Source: Patescibacteria group bacterium
GTDB lineage: Bacteria > Patescibacteriota > Minisyncoccia > 2-02-FULL-40-12 > GWA2-44-9
Direction of reading: 5' to 3'
Assembly: GCA_038061995.1 (NCBI GenBank)
Contig: JBBTYA010000002.1
Coordinates: 83,282 to 147,281, forward strand
DNA length: 64,000 nucleotides
The notes below the pieces were generated by a model that was given only the letters and a program-made list of their open reading frames with translations, ran no database searches and was not told the DNA's origin. Positions 20,943 to 29,780 of the stretch are shown one piece after another (the first letter of the stretch is position 1; every line of letters starts with the position of its first letter). A program made the translations under genes and the position numbers.

Positions 20943-22169
20943 ATGGAGCGAAAAACGAAACTTACTCTTATCGGTGGTATTCTCGCAGCACTCGCTGCGG
21001 GCTTTGTATTAGGATCAGTTGCAGGCGAAGGTTCGCTCGGCGCGTCGCTTCAAAACGCAAGCACGCTCGTGCGAGAAAATGTGGGACAGCCCACCAATGT
21101 TGACTTCACACTCTTTTGGAATGCGTGGGATGCGCTCCATGAACGCTTTGTTGATTCAGAGAAGCTCAGCACTCAAGATCTCGTATATGGCGCTATTTCC
21201 GGCATGATTCAGGCCGCGGGGGATCAGTATACGGTGTTCTTTGAGCCCGTCACCAACAAAAAATTCCGTGACGAGATCTCGGGCACCTTTTCTGGGGTAG
21301 GTATTGAAATCGGAAAGCGCAATGATCTTTTGACGGTCATTTCTCCGATTAAAAATACGCCTGCTTTCCGCGCAGGCATTCGCACGGGAGACATTATTCT
21401 CTCCATTGATAAAAAAACAACGAGCGGCATGACCACCGAAGAAGCAGTCACGCTTATTCGCGGCACGCGAGGGAGCACGGTGACGCTTTCCATTCGTCGC
21501 AACGGAAATCCCGATGCTGATTTCGCTATCGTGCGTGAAAACATTCGCATCCCCGCCGTTGAATGGTCACTCCTGAATGCGAGTACTGCCTACATAGAGC
21601 TTTCTACGTTCAACCAGAATGTTGATGATGAGTTTCGCAAAGCCGCGCGCGAGATTCAAAAGACAAGTGCGCAGAACATCATTCTTGATTTGCGTAGTAA
21701 CCCAGGCGGACTCTTAGACTCTTCGGTATATATCGCTGGCTGGTTCCTTGATCCAGGAAGCATCGTTACTATCGAACGCTTCGGCGATGGCACAGAAAAC
21801 GTCTTCCGTACCACTGGCGAACCGGAACTCCGCGATTATAATGTCATCATTCTTACCAATGGGGGATCTGCCTCTGCATCGGAGATTCTCGCGGGAGCAC
21901 TCCATGACGTCCGCAACATTCGCATCGTAGGTGAAAAGACATTTGGCAAAGGCTCCGTGCAAGAAGTTATTGAATTCCCCGGCGGTTCAGCATTAAAGGT
22001 TACTGTTGCGCGTTGGCTCACGCCAAATGGTATTTCGATCTCTGAAAAGGGAATCGAGCCAGATATAAAAGTAGCTCTTCCCGAAGACGCTATTACTGCG
22101 GGAACGGTTGAATTAGGTACTGCTGGCAAAGACCCACAGCTTGACAAAGCACTCGAACTCCTGAAATAA
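20943..22169 (+). CDS. ctpA: S41 carboxy-terminal processing protease with PDZ domain
   Basis: GVGIEI, LDLRSNPGG, SASASEILAGAL, TFGKGSVQ. Confidence 0.93.
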   Translation: MERKTKLTLIGGILAALAAGFVLGSVAGEGSLGASLQNASTLVRENVGQPTNVDFTLFWNAWDALHERFVDSEKLSTQDLVYGAISGMIQAAGDQYTVFFEPVTNKKFRDEISGTFSGVGIEIGKRNDLLTVISPIKNTPAFRAGIRTGDIILSIDKKTTSGMTTEEAVTLIRGTRGSTVTLSIRRNGNPDADFAIVRENIRIPAVEWSLLNASTAYIELSTFNQNVDDEFRKAAREIQKTSAQNIILDLRSNPGGLLDSSVYIAGWFLDPGSIVTIERFGDGTENVFRTTGEPELRDYNVIILTNGGSASASEILAGALHDVRNIRIVGEKTFGKGSVQEVIEFPGGSALKVTVARWLTPNGISISEKGIEPDIKVALPEDAITAGTVELGTAGKDPQLDKALELLK

Positions 22170-22178
22170 TACCCTCCT

Positions 22179-22634
22179 ATGAAAGTAATCTTCTTGCACA
22201 ACGTCCGCGGTGTAGCCAAGATCGGGGACATCAAAACAGTGACCGATGGCTATGCACGCAACTTCCTTATCCCTCGAGGTATTGCGAAGTTCGCAACCGA
22301 GAACGCTGAAAAGGAAGCTCTTGTTCTTCAAGAGAAGCGTAACCTCGTTATGGCTGAAGAGCGGGATACTGCCCTCGCCTTACGAGATAAGCTCTCTGGG
22401 GCTAAAATCGAGCTCCAGGAGAAGGGCAACGCCTCAGGCACCCTCTTCGCTGCAGTAGGCCGAAAAGAGCTCGCAGAGGCCATTTTGAAGCAATTAGGGG
22501 TATCTGTTGAAGTAGAGGCTGTCCATATCCCTGAACACGCCATTAAAACAGTGGGTGAGCACACTGCCACCCTCAATCTCTTTGAAGGAGTCGAGGCGGC
22601 CATCACGGTCACCATCACCGGAAGCGACGAGTAA
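22179..22634 (+). CDS. rplI: 50S ribosomal protein L9
   Basis: [23 protein letters not shown]. Confidence 0.96.
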   Translation: MKVIFLHNVRGVAKIGDIKTVTDGYARNFLIPRGIAKFATENAEKEALVLQEKRNLVMAEERDTALALRDKLSGAKIELQEKGNASGTLFAAVGRKELAEAILKQLGVSVEVEAVHIPEHAIKTVGEHTATLNLFEGVEAAITVTITGSDE

Positions 22635-22635
22635 C

Positions 22636-22667
22636 AAAAACACCGCCCCATGGGCGGTGTTTTCTTT
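22636..22667. terminator. bidirectional terminator between rplI and rpmA
   Basis: AAAACACCGCCC/GGGCGGTGTTTT. Confidence 0.85.
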
Positions 22668-22676
22668 CCTGATATC

Positions 22677-22961
22677 TTAGTTCTTTACAGGAATAACGTG
22701 GACCACTTTGGCTACGCGGCGAGAGCCGTCGTAGTTCATTTTGCGAGTGGTGGTAAAGCGAACAACCCCATCGTGAGCTGCGTAGAGGGTGTAATCTTTG
22801 CCGACGCGGACACCATCACCAGCAAGGTAGGTGCTTCCTGTTTGGCGTATGATAACATTACCAGCAGCTGCCGTTTGTCCGTCATGCAACTTCACGCCAC
22901 GATATTTTGGCTGTGAGTCGCGTCCAAGTTGTGTTGAACCTATTGCTTTTGTATGTGCCAT
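22677..22961 (-). CDS. rpmA: 50S ribosomal protein L27
   Basis: MAHTKAIGSTQLGRDSQPKYRGVK. Confidence 0.97.
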   Translation of the reverse strand: MAHTKAIGSTQLGRDSQPKYRGVKLHDGQTAAAGNVIIRQTGSTYLAGDGVRVGKDYTLYAAHDGVVRFTTTRKMNYDGSRRVAKVVHVIPVKN

Positions 22962-22985
22962 AGCGGATCGTGTAAACTAATAAAC

Positions 22986-23381
22986 GTGAGAGAAATCCTA
23001 GCAAAAACAGCTACATTCGTCAAGCACTCATTCCACGAGATCTTTGTGGTGCTGTGCATGGTCGCCATTGCCTTTATTAGCTACCAATTAGGCCTAAAAG
23101 CGCAACAAACCACAGATATAGAGCCTATCACTGTAGAAGATGGTGCGCAGATATTCACAGCCCAGTTAGCCAGCCAGGTCGTTCCCGGCGGGGGAGCGAC
23201 ACCCACCACCCAAGCACCCAGAGACAGTCGCGTTGTAGCTTCAAAGAGCTCTTCCAGTAAAAAATACCACTACAGCTGGTGCTCCGGCGCTTCGCGTATT
23301 AAAGAAGAGAACAAACTCTGGTTTGATAACGAACTCGCCGCACAATCTGCGGGGTATTCACTAGCGGATAACTGTAGGTAG
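22986..23381 (+). CDS. membrane-anchored protein with C-terminal Ada-like metal-binding motif
   Basis: TM followed by VASKSSSSKKYHYSWCSGA..I..EN..WF..A..AGY..A.NC. Confidence 0.7.
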   Translation: MREILAKTATFVKHSFHEIFVVLCMVAIAFISYQLGLKAQQTTDIEPITVEDGAQIFTAQLASQVVPGGGATPTTQAPRDSRVVASKSSSSKKYHYSWCSGASRIKEENKLWFDNELAAQSAGYSLADNCR

Positions 23382-23399
23382 GCAGTGTCGCCTTTAGTA

Positions 23400-23428
23400 T
23401 TGACAGTAGTATCTATTTATACTAGAAT
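23400..23428 (+). promoter_or_regulatory. sigma70 promoter driving a non-coding transcript
   Basis: TTGACA-N17-TAGAAT. Confidence 0.75.
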
Positions 23429-23632
23429 ATTTGCGTCGGGTAAGTGGTGCTCTACGGGGTACAAGCATCCGCTGCCGTGGTGATTTAGGGGTATTTTGAC
23501 GCCTCCCCACCAAATGCTCACCGACACAAATCTGACCTATTCTCCCCGCCGTGAGAGATCGTGTGAAAACTCGCGTAGCTAAGCAAGAATGGGCAGTGCC
23601 TCCGACAGCGTTCATCGGAGGCTTTTTCTTTT
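23429..23632 (+). ncRNA. candidate structured ncRNA (~200 nt), family unassigned
   Basis: promoter, several long stems, terminator GCCTCCGA/TCGGAGGC-T; no credible ORF. Confidence 0.6.
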
Positions 23633-24371
23633 ATAAAATTTCCTTTAGGAAGCCGGAGTGTTCCCATTCCCAGAGCTTTTTTGCGGCAAGGAAGGCTTCA
23701 AAGTTGTGTTGCGTGTCGGGTAGCTCGCTAAATTCATATTCACCATGTTCAGGTGACCACGTGTGTCTACAGGTGTAGACACCACCGCGCACCGTAGGCA
23801 TGCCGCCTTTTGAACGCATGCGCGCGCCACATGTTTCGCATTCCTTGTGTTGATCAAGGCGAATGACCCAGCTCGTGAGGTCGGGGAGTGTGCCTCGCTC
23901 TTGTAGGGCGCCAATATACGCTGCCGTTTGCATACCATACTCACGATAGATACCTTTTGAGGTTTTTATATCTAATACACCCACGCGACCATCAATTTCA
24001 GCAAGGACATCCAGCGTACCGATGTAGTGATGCTCTTTATGAATCACCGGCTCTTCTATACTTAACGGTTTTACGTCGTGCGCCATAAGAAATGCTTGGA
24101 ACGCCCGCACGCTTGGTAATACGGCGGGGGATGACTCCTCTACTTTGCCCCGGAGGATATTTTCAACCGCTTCGTGCACCGCAGTGCCTTCTTGTGCTGA
24201 GCGCTCAGTCATCGCTTTGCCGGCCGCAAAGCTTGGCATGCGGCCGTAGAACGCATACAACGCAGGCTTTGCCTTAATAGAAAGGATAGAAGTGACGCGG
24301 GGATACCACATGCCACCATGTTCGTAGCCCGCTTTTGCGCGAAAGTCTGCGACGCTTGAATATTCGTTCAT
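23631..24371 (-). CDS. PD-(D/E)XK nuclease (Cas4/phage exonuclease-like) with Cys/His cluster
   Basis: YPRVTSIL, GTAVHEAVE, YIGTLDVL..VLDIKTS, QTAAY; CETC..C.H. Confidence 0.82.
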   Translation of the reverse strand: MNEYSSVADFRAKAGYEHGGMWYPRVTSILSIKAKPALYAFYGRMPSFAAGKAMTERSAQEGTAVHEAVENILRGKVEESSPAVLPSVRAFQAFLMAHDVKPLSIEEPVIHKEHHYIGTLDVLAEIDGRVGVLDIKTSKGIYREYGMQTAAYIGALQERGTLPDLTSWVIRLDQHKECETCGARMRSKGGMPTVRGGVYTCRHTWSPEHGEYEFSELPDTQHNFEAFLAAKKLWEWEHSGFLKEIL

Positions 24372-25051
24372 TATCTTCGGGGAGGCTGCATATACGTCTC
24401 CCAAATCTTAAACAGTTCTGCAGTGGCAACGACATCACGGAAGCAATATTCGGCGATGTCGGTGTATCGCTTGTCAGCAAACAGGCGAGCCACGTCATCA
24501 CCAGTGACGCCATCAGCTTTCGAGCTCGGAATGCCGAATGCTTGGCACCACATGTGAAGGCTCATAGTTCTTCGTACAGCACCGAAGAATGAGAGGCGAT
24601 CAAAGAGATCTACATGGCCCTCACCACTATAGCGATTAGGCATGAGGTCACGCGTTGGATGCACGCTGTGCACCGCAGAGCGTACGATCACGAATGGCGC
24701 ATCGAATGCTCTGCCATTGAAGGTGATGAACTGATCATAGTAGCGAGCAGCGTCCCAGAATCGCTGGAGGATCTCTTTTTCAGTGCTAGGAACGTACTGC
24801 ACGTCATCTTTCGTATAGGGCTCTAGAGTGGCTTCTGGGGCTTGAAAGAAGGTGGCACCCTTGTGCGTATCGGGATTCAGAATGGAGATAGCGACAATTT
24901 CGCCCGTAAGCGGCGAGAACCCCATGCGATCACGAACTTGATCTTGCTCCTCAGGCGTTTTGGCGCTGGAGAGGAGGTATTCCTGCGTTGTGGCATCAAA
25001 GCTTTCGAAATCAGCTCCTACGGTTTCTATATCAAATATAAGACGAGACAT
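24371..25051 (-). CDS. PolB-type 3'-5' exonuclease (RNase H-like, DEDD)
   Basis: IFDIET, ITFNGRAFDAPF, HVDL, EYCFRDV; TAATG overlap with the downstream nuclease. Confidence 0.88.
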   Translation of the reverse strand: MSRLIFDIETVGADFESFDATTQEYLLSSAKTPEEQDQVRDRMGFSPLTGEIVAISILNPDTHKGATFFQAPEATLEPYTKDDVQYVPSTEKEILQRFWDAARYYDQFITFNGRAFDAPFVIVRSAVHSVHPTRDLMPNRYSGEGHVDLFDRLSFFGAVRRTMSLHMWCQAFGIPSSKADGVTGDDVARLFADKRYTDIAEYCFRDVVATAELFKIWETYMQPPRR

Positions 25052-25132
25052 GGAGTAAGTGTATCAAGGGCATACGCTAACGTATATTTGATTATTTACA
25101 TTATTATTGTATAATATGTTTTGGAGGCGCAG

Positions 25133-25489
25133 ATGAAATTTCTGTTTTTGATTGCTGCGCAGGTGTTTCTTGTTGGTGAAACGAAAACACCGTTGCCAGT
25201 ACACGAACGCGCAACGTGCGGCAGGTTCGCGGATGTGCACGAGCTGCTCGGCGTGATGTATATCGAGCTGAACCCACAAGGCGCTGAAGCGTTCGGAACG
25301 ATTCCCGTTGACCGCGTGTGCGTCGTTGTAGATGGCGCGACGAAGGTTGGCGCACCTACGGTGACGCGTCTAGAGACCCCAGGAGGCAGGTTCTTGATCC
25401 ACATGCACCCGTATGACCTGGATAAGGGTGCGGGATGCCTGAAGGTCAGGGTCGGAGCCGAAGAGTGCCGAAGGGTCGAAAAGAGGTAA
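25133..25489 (+). CDS. orphan secreted-like hypothetical protein
   Basis: TATAAT promoter, GGAGG SD, hydrophobic N-terminus, terminator 25530-25560. Confidence 0.6.
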   Translation: MKFLFLIAAQVFLVGETKTPLPVHERATCGRFADVHELLGVMYIELNPQGAEAFGTIPVDRVCVVVDGATKVGAPTVTRLETPGGRFLIHMHPYDLDKGAGCLKVRVGAEECRRVEKR

Positions 25490-25844
25490 GAGACCCCTCA
25501 CAAGAGGAGGCAGAGATCAAAAACAGGAGAGCGGCCCACACCCGGGCCGCTTTGATTTTTATAAGAGAACGCCATATCACGCGTAGGAGAGGAGGTCGCA
25601 CAATATAGGTTATGCGACGTACTACTACTCTGAAAGCCTTGGAAAAATGGGTTTTTGGATTTTCTCAGATCTTTCCCCTAGTACACTTTTTCTCTTTCCA
25701 TGAGGTGCGCGCCGATGTGTACATGCTCCCTTCTTTATCCTGCGCACACTTTCTTCTCACGTCCTCGGTAGACCACTCCCCTCGCTACGTGCTGGGGGAC
25801 ACCTCTTAAAAAAGAGGCTCCTCTCTCCCCCGCACTGCGTGTCG

Positions 25845-27098
25845 CTATAAGTCGTTCGCTGTAAATACTTTAATCTCTCGCCAGAATAGTGAGAGTGCTT
25901 TTTTGAAAGGAAGGATGGAAATAAAATAATTGAGATCAATGAACTCACGGAAGAGCCATGCGGCGAACCCTCCAAAAATAATTCCGCCCGGAAGACGTGC
26001 GACAGCATACTTGCCACCGACAGGAGCAACCCAGATACCATACGAAGGTTTATGTGTACGTAATTCTTTCCCTTCGATTATTCTCAAAATATTTTGAGCA
26101 GCAATTTTTCCATGATCCATAGCAAGGTATGCCATGGCAGGAATCGGCTTCTGCGTTGCGTGGTCCATAAAGTGGATCGCATCACCGACGCCAAACACAT
26201 TCGGATAGCGTCGCGTGTTGAGTTGTTCGCTCACAACCATTTTGCCTTGAGGTGTGAGATCGAGACCATGGAGACGTTCTAAAACCCCTGGTGCGCGTAC
26301 CCCAGCTGTCCAAATAATAATATCGCCATCGAAGCTCCGCCCATCCATAAGATGAATGCGGGAAGATTCAATCGCAGAAACACGAGCACCAGATACAAGC
26401 GCGACACCACGCGCCGTGAGACGCGCCTTGATGCGCTCTCGTTCGCCATCAGAAGCGTTCGGAAGAAGATCGGGGTTCGCATCAAACAACATGATGTGCG
26501 TTGGTTGGCCACGCAGTTTACATTCTCGTGCGAACGTCTTTACGCAGGAACCAATTTCCGTAGCTGTTTCAATGCCCGTGAGCCCCGCGCCACACACCAG
26601 AACGCGAATGGGGAGTCGTCGCTCACCTCGCTCTGCCTCTTGAAATAAATCGGTGAGGCGAGTGTTGATGGCGATGGCATCGTCGAGCGTGCGGAATCCA
26701 TATGCATAGTCAGTCACTCCCGCAATACCAAAGTCGGAAGCCTCGCTCCCCAGCCCAATGATAAGAAAGTCATAGGGAATTTCTACTCCTGTATCGGTGC
26801 GGATGATGCGTTGCTCAAGGTCCCCATCAAGCACCGCTGCTTGTATGTGTGTAATGCGCTTTCCATCGAAGATTTCTTTAAAAGGAATGGCGACCGTACG
26901 GCGCAGCATGATGGTATAGGGATCACGAGGTGCGCCATACGCTGCCGCTACTTCATAGAGCGCGGGTAAAAATAAATGATACGGGTTTTTATCTACGATA
27001 ATAATGTTCGCTCGAGTGCCCAGCGTCTTTTCAAGATCAAGCGCGACGCGCACTCCTGCGAATCCGCCTCCTAAAATAAGAATGGTTCCTGTTCTCAT
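25845..27098 (-). CDS. ndh: type II NADH dehydrogenase-like FAD-dependent oxidoreductase
   Basis: LGGGFAG, CGAGLTGIE, IWTAGV, VFGVGD. Confidence 0.85.
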   Translation of the reverse strand: MRTGTILILGGGFAGVRVALDLEKTLGTRANIIIVDKNPYHLFLPALYEVAAAYGAPRDPYTIMLRRTVAIPFKEIFDGKRITHIQAAVLDGDLEQRIIRTDTGVEIPYDFLIIGLGSEASDFGIAGVTDYAYGFRTLDDAIAINTRLTDLFQEAERGERRLPIRVLVCGAGLTGIETATEIGSCVKTFARECKLRGQPTHIMLFDANPDLLPNASDGERERIKARLTARGVALVSGARVSAIESSRIHLMDGRSFDGDIIIWTAGVRAPGVLERLHGLDLTPQGKMVVSEQLNTRRYPNVFGVGDAIHFMDHATQKPIPAMAYLAMDHGKIAAQNILRIIEGKELRTHKPSYGIWVAPVGGKYAVARLPGGIIFGGFAAWLFREFIDLNYFISILPFKKALSLFWREIKVFTANDL

Positions 27099-27100
27099 AG

Positions 27101-28345
27101 TTACATGTAATCCAGAGCGTTGATGGTCCCCTGTAGATAGTTAAAGTAGAGCATGCCGTTGCTTTCGTTTGTATATGTAAAGAATTCTTTATAGAGGCTT
27201 AGGTGAAGATGCGACCCAGTTGAATTTCCTGTCGAGCCCTCAAAACCAACGACCGTTCCCGCCTGTACCGCCGCACCCTGACCAAAGCCGACCACAGAGC
27301 TCAAGTGGCCATAGACACTAACTAAATCATTGGGGTGTTTCACCGCTATCCAATTCCCCCATCCAGGGTTTTTAAGACCACTTGCGATAATAACGCCGTC
27401 TCCGATTGACCGCACTGGAGTGCCGTGCCCCGCAACAAGGTCAACACCACTATGCGGCTTGCCTCCGTATGCTCCACGTCGTGCATACGAGGTCATACCA
27501 AACCCCTGGGTGATGACATACTCCCCTTTTGGATATGGGGGCTGAAATATTTTAGTACCTTTTGGTGGTACGCTTTGAGCTTGCACGCGCACATTGTAGA
27601 ACCCTCCCGCAATGACCTTTTGTTCTAACTCGATAAGGTCGGCAAAGAATTCTGCCTGGCGCTTTTCGATCTCTTTTAACATCTTCTGATATTCTGCCTC
27701 TTGCCCCTTTGTACGCGTCAGGAGTGTATTTTTACCAGATTTTGCGGAGCCCAAAGAAAGCTTGGTGTTGAGCTGCTCAGCACTTAATTGTTCCAGCTCC
27801 TTCTCTTTTACCTTCAGCTCTTGGCGACTTCCTTCGAGAACCGCTTTTTCATGTTTCAATTCCTCGATTACATTAAGTAATTCGCCCGCGACACTTTCCG
27901 CATATTGTTCTTGTCGCAAGAAGTCAGACATGCTTGAACTTTTAATAAGCAGCTCAAGCATGTTTTCTTGGTCATGCTGATCGAGTGCGAATACGAGGCG
28001 CCCGATAGATTCTTTCTTGCGAGAGATAGACGTTTCTTTTTCACCGATAGTGCCTTCGACGCCTCGAATCTCAAATGTGGTGCGCTCAATCTTTTTTCCA
28101 GTAAGTGCTAGTTGATTTTCGATGCTTTGAATCTGTGTACTCAGGAGTGAAATTTCTTTTCGTAGTGAGTCAGCCTTCGAGCGCTCGTCGGCAATGTTTG
28201 ATTTATATTGACTTGCCTGCCGTTCAAGCGCTTCGATCTGTTGGCGTAGTTCAATAACTCGAGGATCTTCCGCGGCAAAAGCTTCAATGGGAATAAAGAA
28301 TGCGAGCACACTGACGAGAAGGAGTGATGATGCAAATATACGCAT
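27101..28345 (-). CDS. coiled-coil M23 peptidase (EnvC/CwlO-like)
   Basis: signal peptide, long coiled coil, HSGVD, YGHL, GNSTGSHLH. Confidence 0.9.
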   Translation of the reverse strand: MRIFASSLLLVSVLAFFIPIEAFAAEDPRVIELRQQIEALERQASQYKSNIADERSKADSLRKEISLLSTQIQSIENQLALTGKKIERTTFEIRGVEGTIGEKETSISRKKESIGRLVFALDQHDQENMLELLIKSSSMSDFLRQEQYAESVAGELLNVIEELKHEKAVLEGSRQELKVKEKELEQLSAEQLNTKLSLGSAKSGKNTLLTRTKGQEAEYQKMLKEIEKRQAEFFADLIELEQKVIAGGFYNVRVQAQSVPPKGTKIFQPPYPKGEYVITQGFGMTSYARRGAYGGKPHSGVDLVAGHGTPVRSIGDGVIIASGLKNPGWGNWIAVKHPNDLVSVYGHLSSVVGFGQGAAVQAGTVVGFEGSTGNSTGSHLHLSLYKEFFTYTNESNGMLYFNYLQGTINALDYM

Positions 28346-28347
28346 AG

Positions 28348-29703
28348 TTATACCGTGCAGAGCGAGAGCGCATGATCAATACGACGCAGTGTAGCATCGT
28401 GGCCAATAACGCTGGCAATATCAGCGGGATCTGGAGATTTTTCCATTCCAGATAACGCAACACGTACAGGCCAAAAGACTGGCCCGCGCCCGCCAAACTC
28501 ACTTGCGACACTCTCGAGAGCCGCTCGAATAGAGGTAGCGTCAAAGACGGCTAGCGGACTGAGCACATCATGAGCGCGTGACAATGCTTTTTGGGCATCA
28601 GCAAGAGGAGCACCTTTCCACGAAAGGAGTGCGGCATCATATTGCGGGTCTTCCCAGAAGAAGCGGAAGAGCTGGACATCGCGCAGGCGATCGAGACGAT
28701 CGCTCACAAACGGAAATGCCGCGTCTGGCATATCGGGAATATTCGCCAACGTGCGCAATTGATCCGGGGTAAGCTTGCGAATGTATTGTGCGTTCATCCA
28801 ATGTAGTTTTGCTTGATCAAATACTGCACCACTCTGATGCACGCGTGAGAGCTCGAATACTTTTGCCATCTCTTCTTTTGAAAGTAATTCCGCATCGTAG
28901 GTATACCCGAGAGAACCAATAAAGTTTACAAGCGCTTCAGCAAGAAAGTCTTCTTTATATTCCATAATGGACGTTGCTCCATCACGCTTCGACATTTTTG
29001 ATCGATCAGTGCCTAAGATAAGCGACACATGCGCAAAAAGTGGCTGCGTAACGCCGAGTGCTTCCGCAATGAGCATCTGCTTTGGTGTATTGGAAATATG
29101 ATCTTCACCACGAATCACGTGGGAGATACGCATATCGGCATCATCAACAACCACCGCGAAGTTGTAGAGGGGTTCATGAATATTTTTTGCAATCGCCATG
29201 TCACCTAGCAATAAGGCATCGGAAGTAATGTCCCCACGGATAACATCGGGAAATGTGAGCGGACGAGATTCTGTAACGCCAACGAGGCGAATCACCTGAC
29301 CTGGCTCTTTGCCTTTTGCTTCATGCTTATGCGCGCATACATGTACGAGCGCTTCCTTCTTCTCTGTTTGCCGTGCCCGCTCGGCGTCTAGCTCCTCTTT
29401 CGTATGATGACACCAAAAAGCCTTCCCTTCAGCGAGGAGTCTCTCTAGATGAGCGGTGTATATGTGCCTTCTCTCTGATTGGCGAACAATTGCTTCGTCG
29501 GGCGTGAGGCCAAGCCACGCAAGACCTTTGAGAATGTCTTCCTCAAACGCCTTCGTGGAGCGTTCTGTGTCTGTATCTTCGATACGTATGAGAAATGCGC
29601 CTCCTGTGTGACGGGCAAAGAGCCAATTAAAAAGCGCCGTACGTGCGGTTCCGATATGCAAAAGACCCGTCGGTGAGGGCGCGATACGAACGCGAATATC
29701 CAT
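28348..29703 (-). CDS. gltX: glutamate--tRNA ligase
   Basis: RIAPSPTG.LHIG, RIEDTD, IRGEDH, KMSKR. Confidence 0.97.
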   Translation of the reverse strand: MDIRVRIAPSPTGLLHIGTARTALFNWLFARHTGGAFLIRIEDTDTERSTKAFEEDILKGLAWLGLTPDEAIVRQSERRHIYTAHLERLLAEGKAFWCHHTKEELDAERARQTEKKEALVHVCAHKHEAKGKEPGQVIRLVGVTESRPLTFPDVIRGDITSDALLLGDMAIAKNIHEPLYNFAVVVDDADMRISHVIRGEDHISNTPKQMLIAEALGVTQPLFAHVSLILGTDRSKMSKRDGATSIMEYKEDFLAEALVNFIGSLGYTYDAELLSKEEMAKVFELSRVHQSGAVFDQAKLHWMNAQYIRKLTPDQLRTLANIPDMPDAAFPFVSDRLDRLRDVQLFRFFWEDPQYDAALLSWKGAPLADAQKALSRAHDVLSPLAVFDATSIRAALESVASEFGGRGPVFWPVRVALSGMEKSPDPADIASVIGHDATLRRIDHALSLCTV

Positions 29704-29780
29704 AGTGTTCAGTATACCGCATTCCCCTCTCCTGTGAAGCCATTGCGGGCCCCAATACGTGCGCTACACTAAGCAAAACA

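Noticed and set aside
23488-23512. GGGG...CCCCACCA resembling tmRNA or tRNA acceptor ends
   Set aside because: No T-arm (GTTCRANYC), no tag reading frame and only 13 nt between the halves, so it is treated as an inner hairpin of the candidate ncRNA.
23532-23632. T-box riboswitch interpretation
   Set aside because: No T-box consensus (GGTGGNACC) and no same-strand downstream gene.
25612-25809. 65-aa plus-strand ORF within the structured gap
   Set aside because: No well-spaced SD or promoter and a low-information sequence, so the region is better explained by base-pairing.
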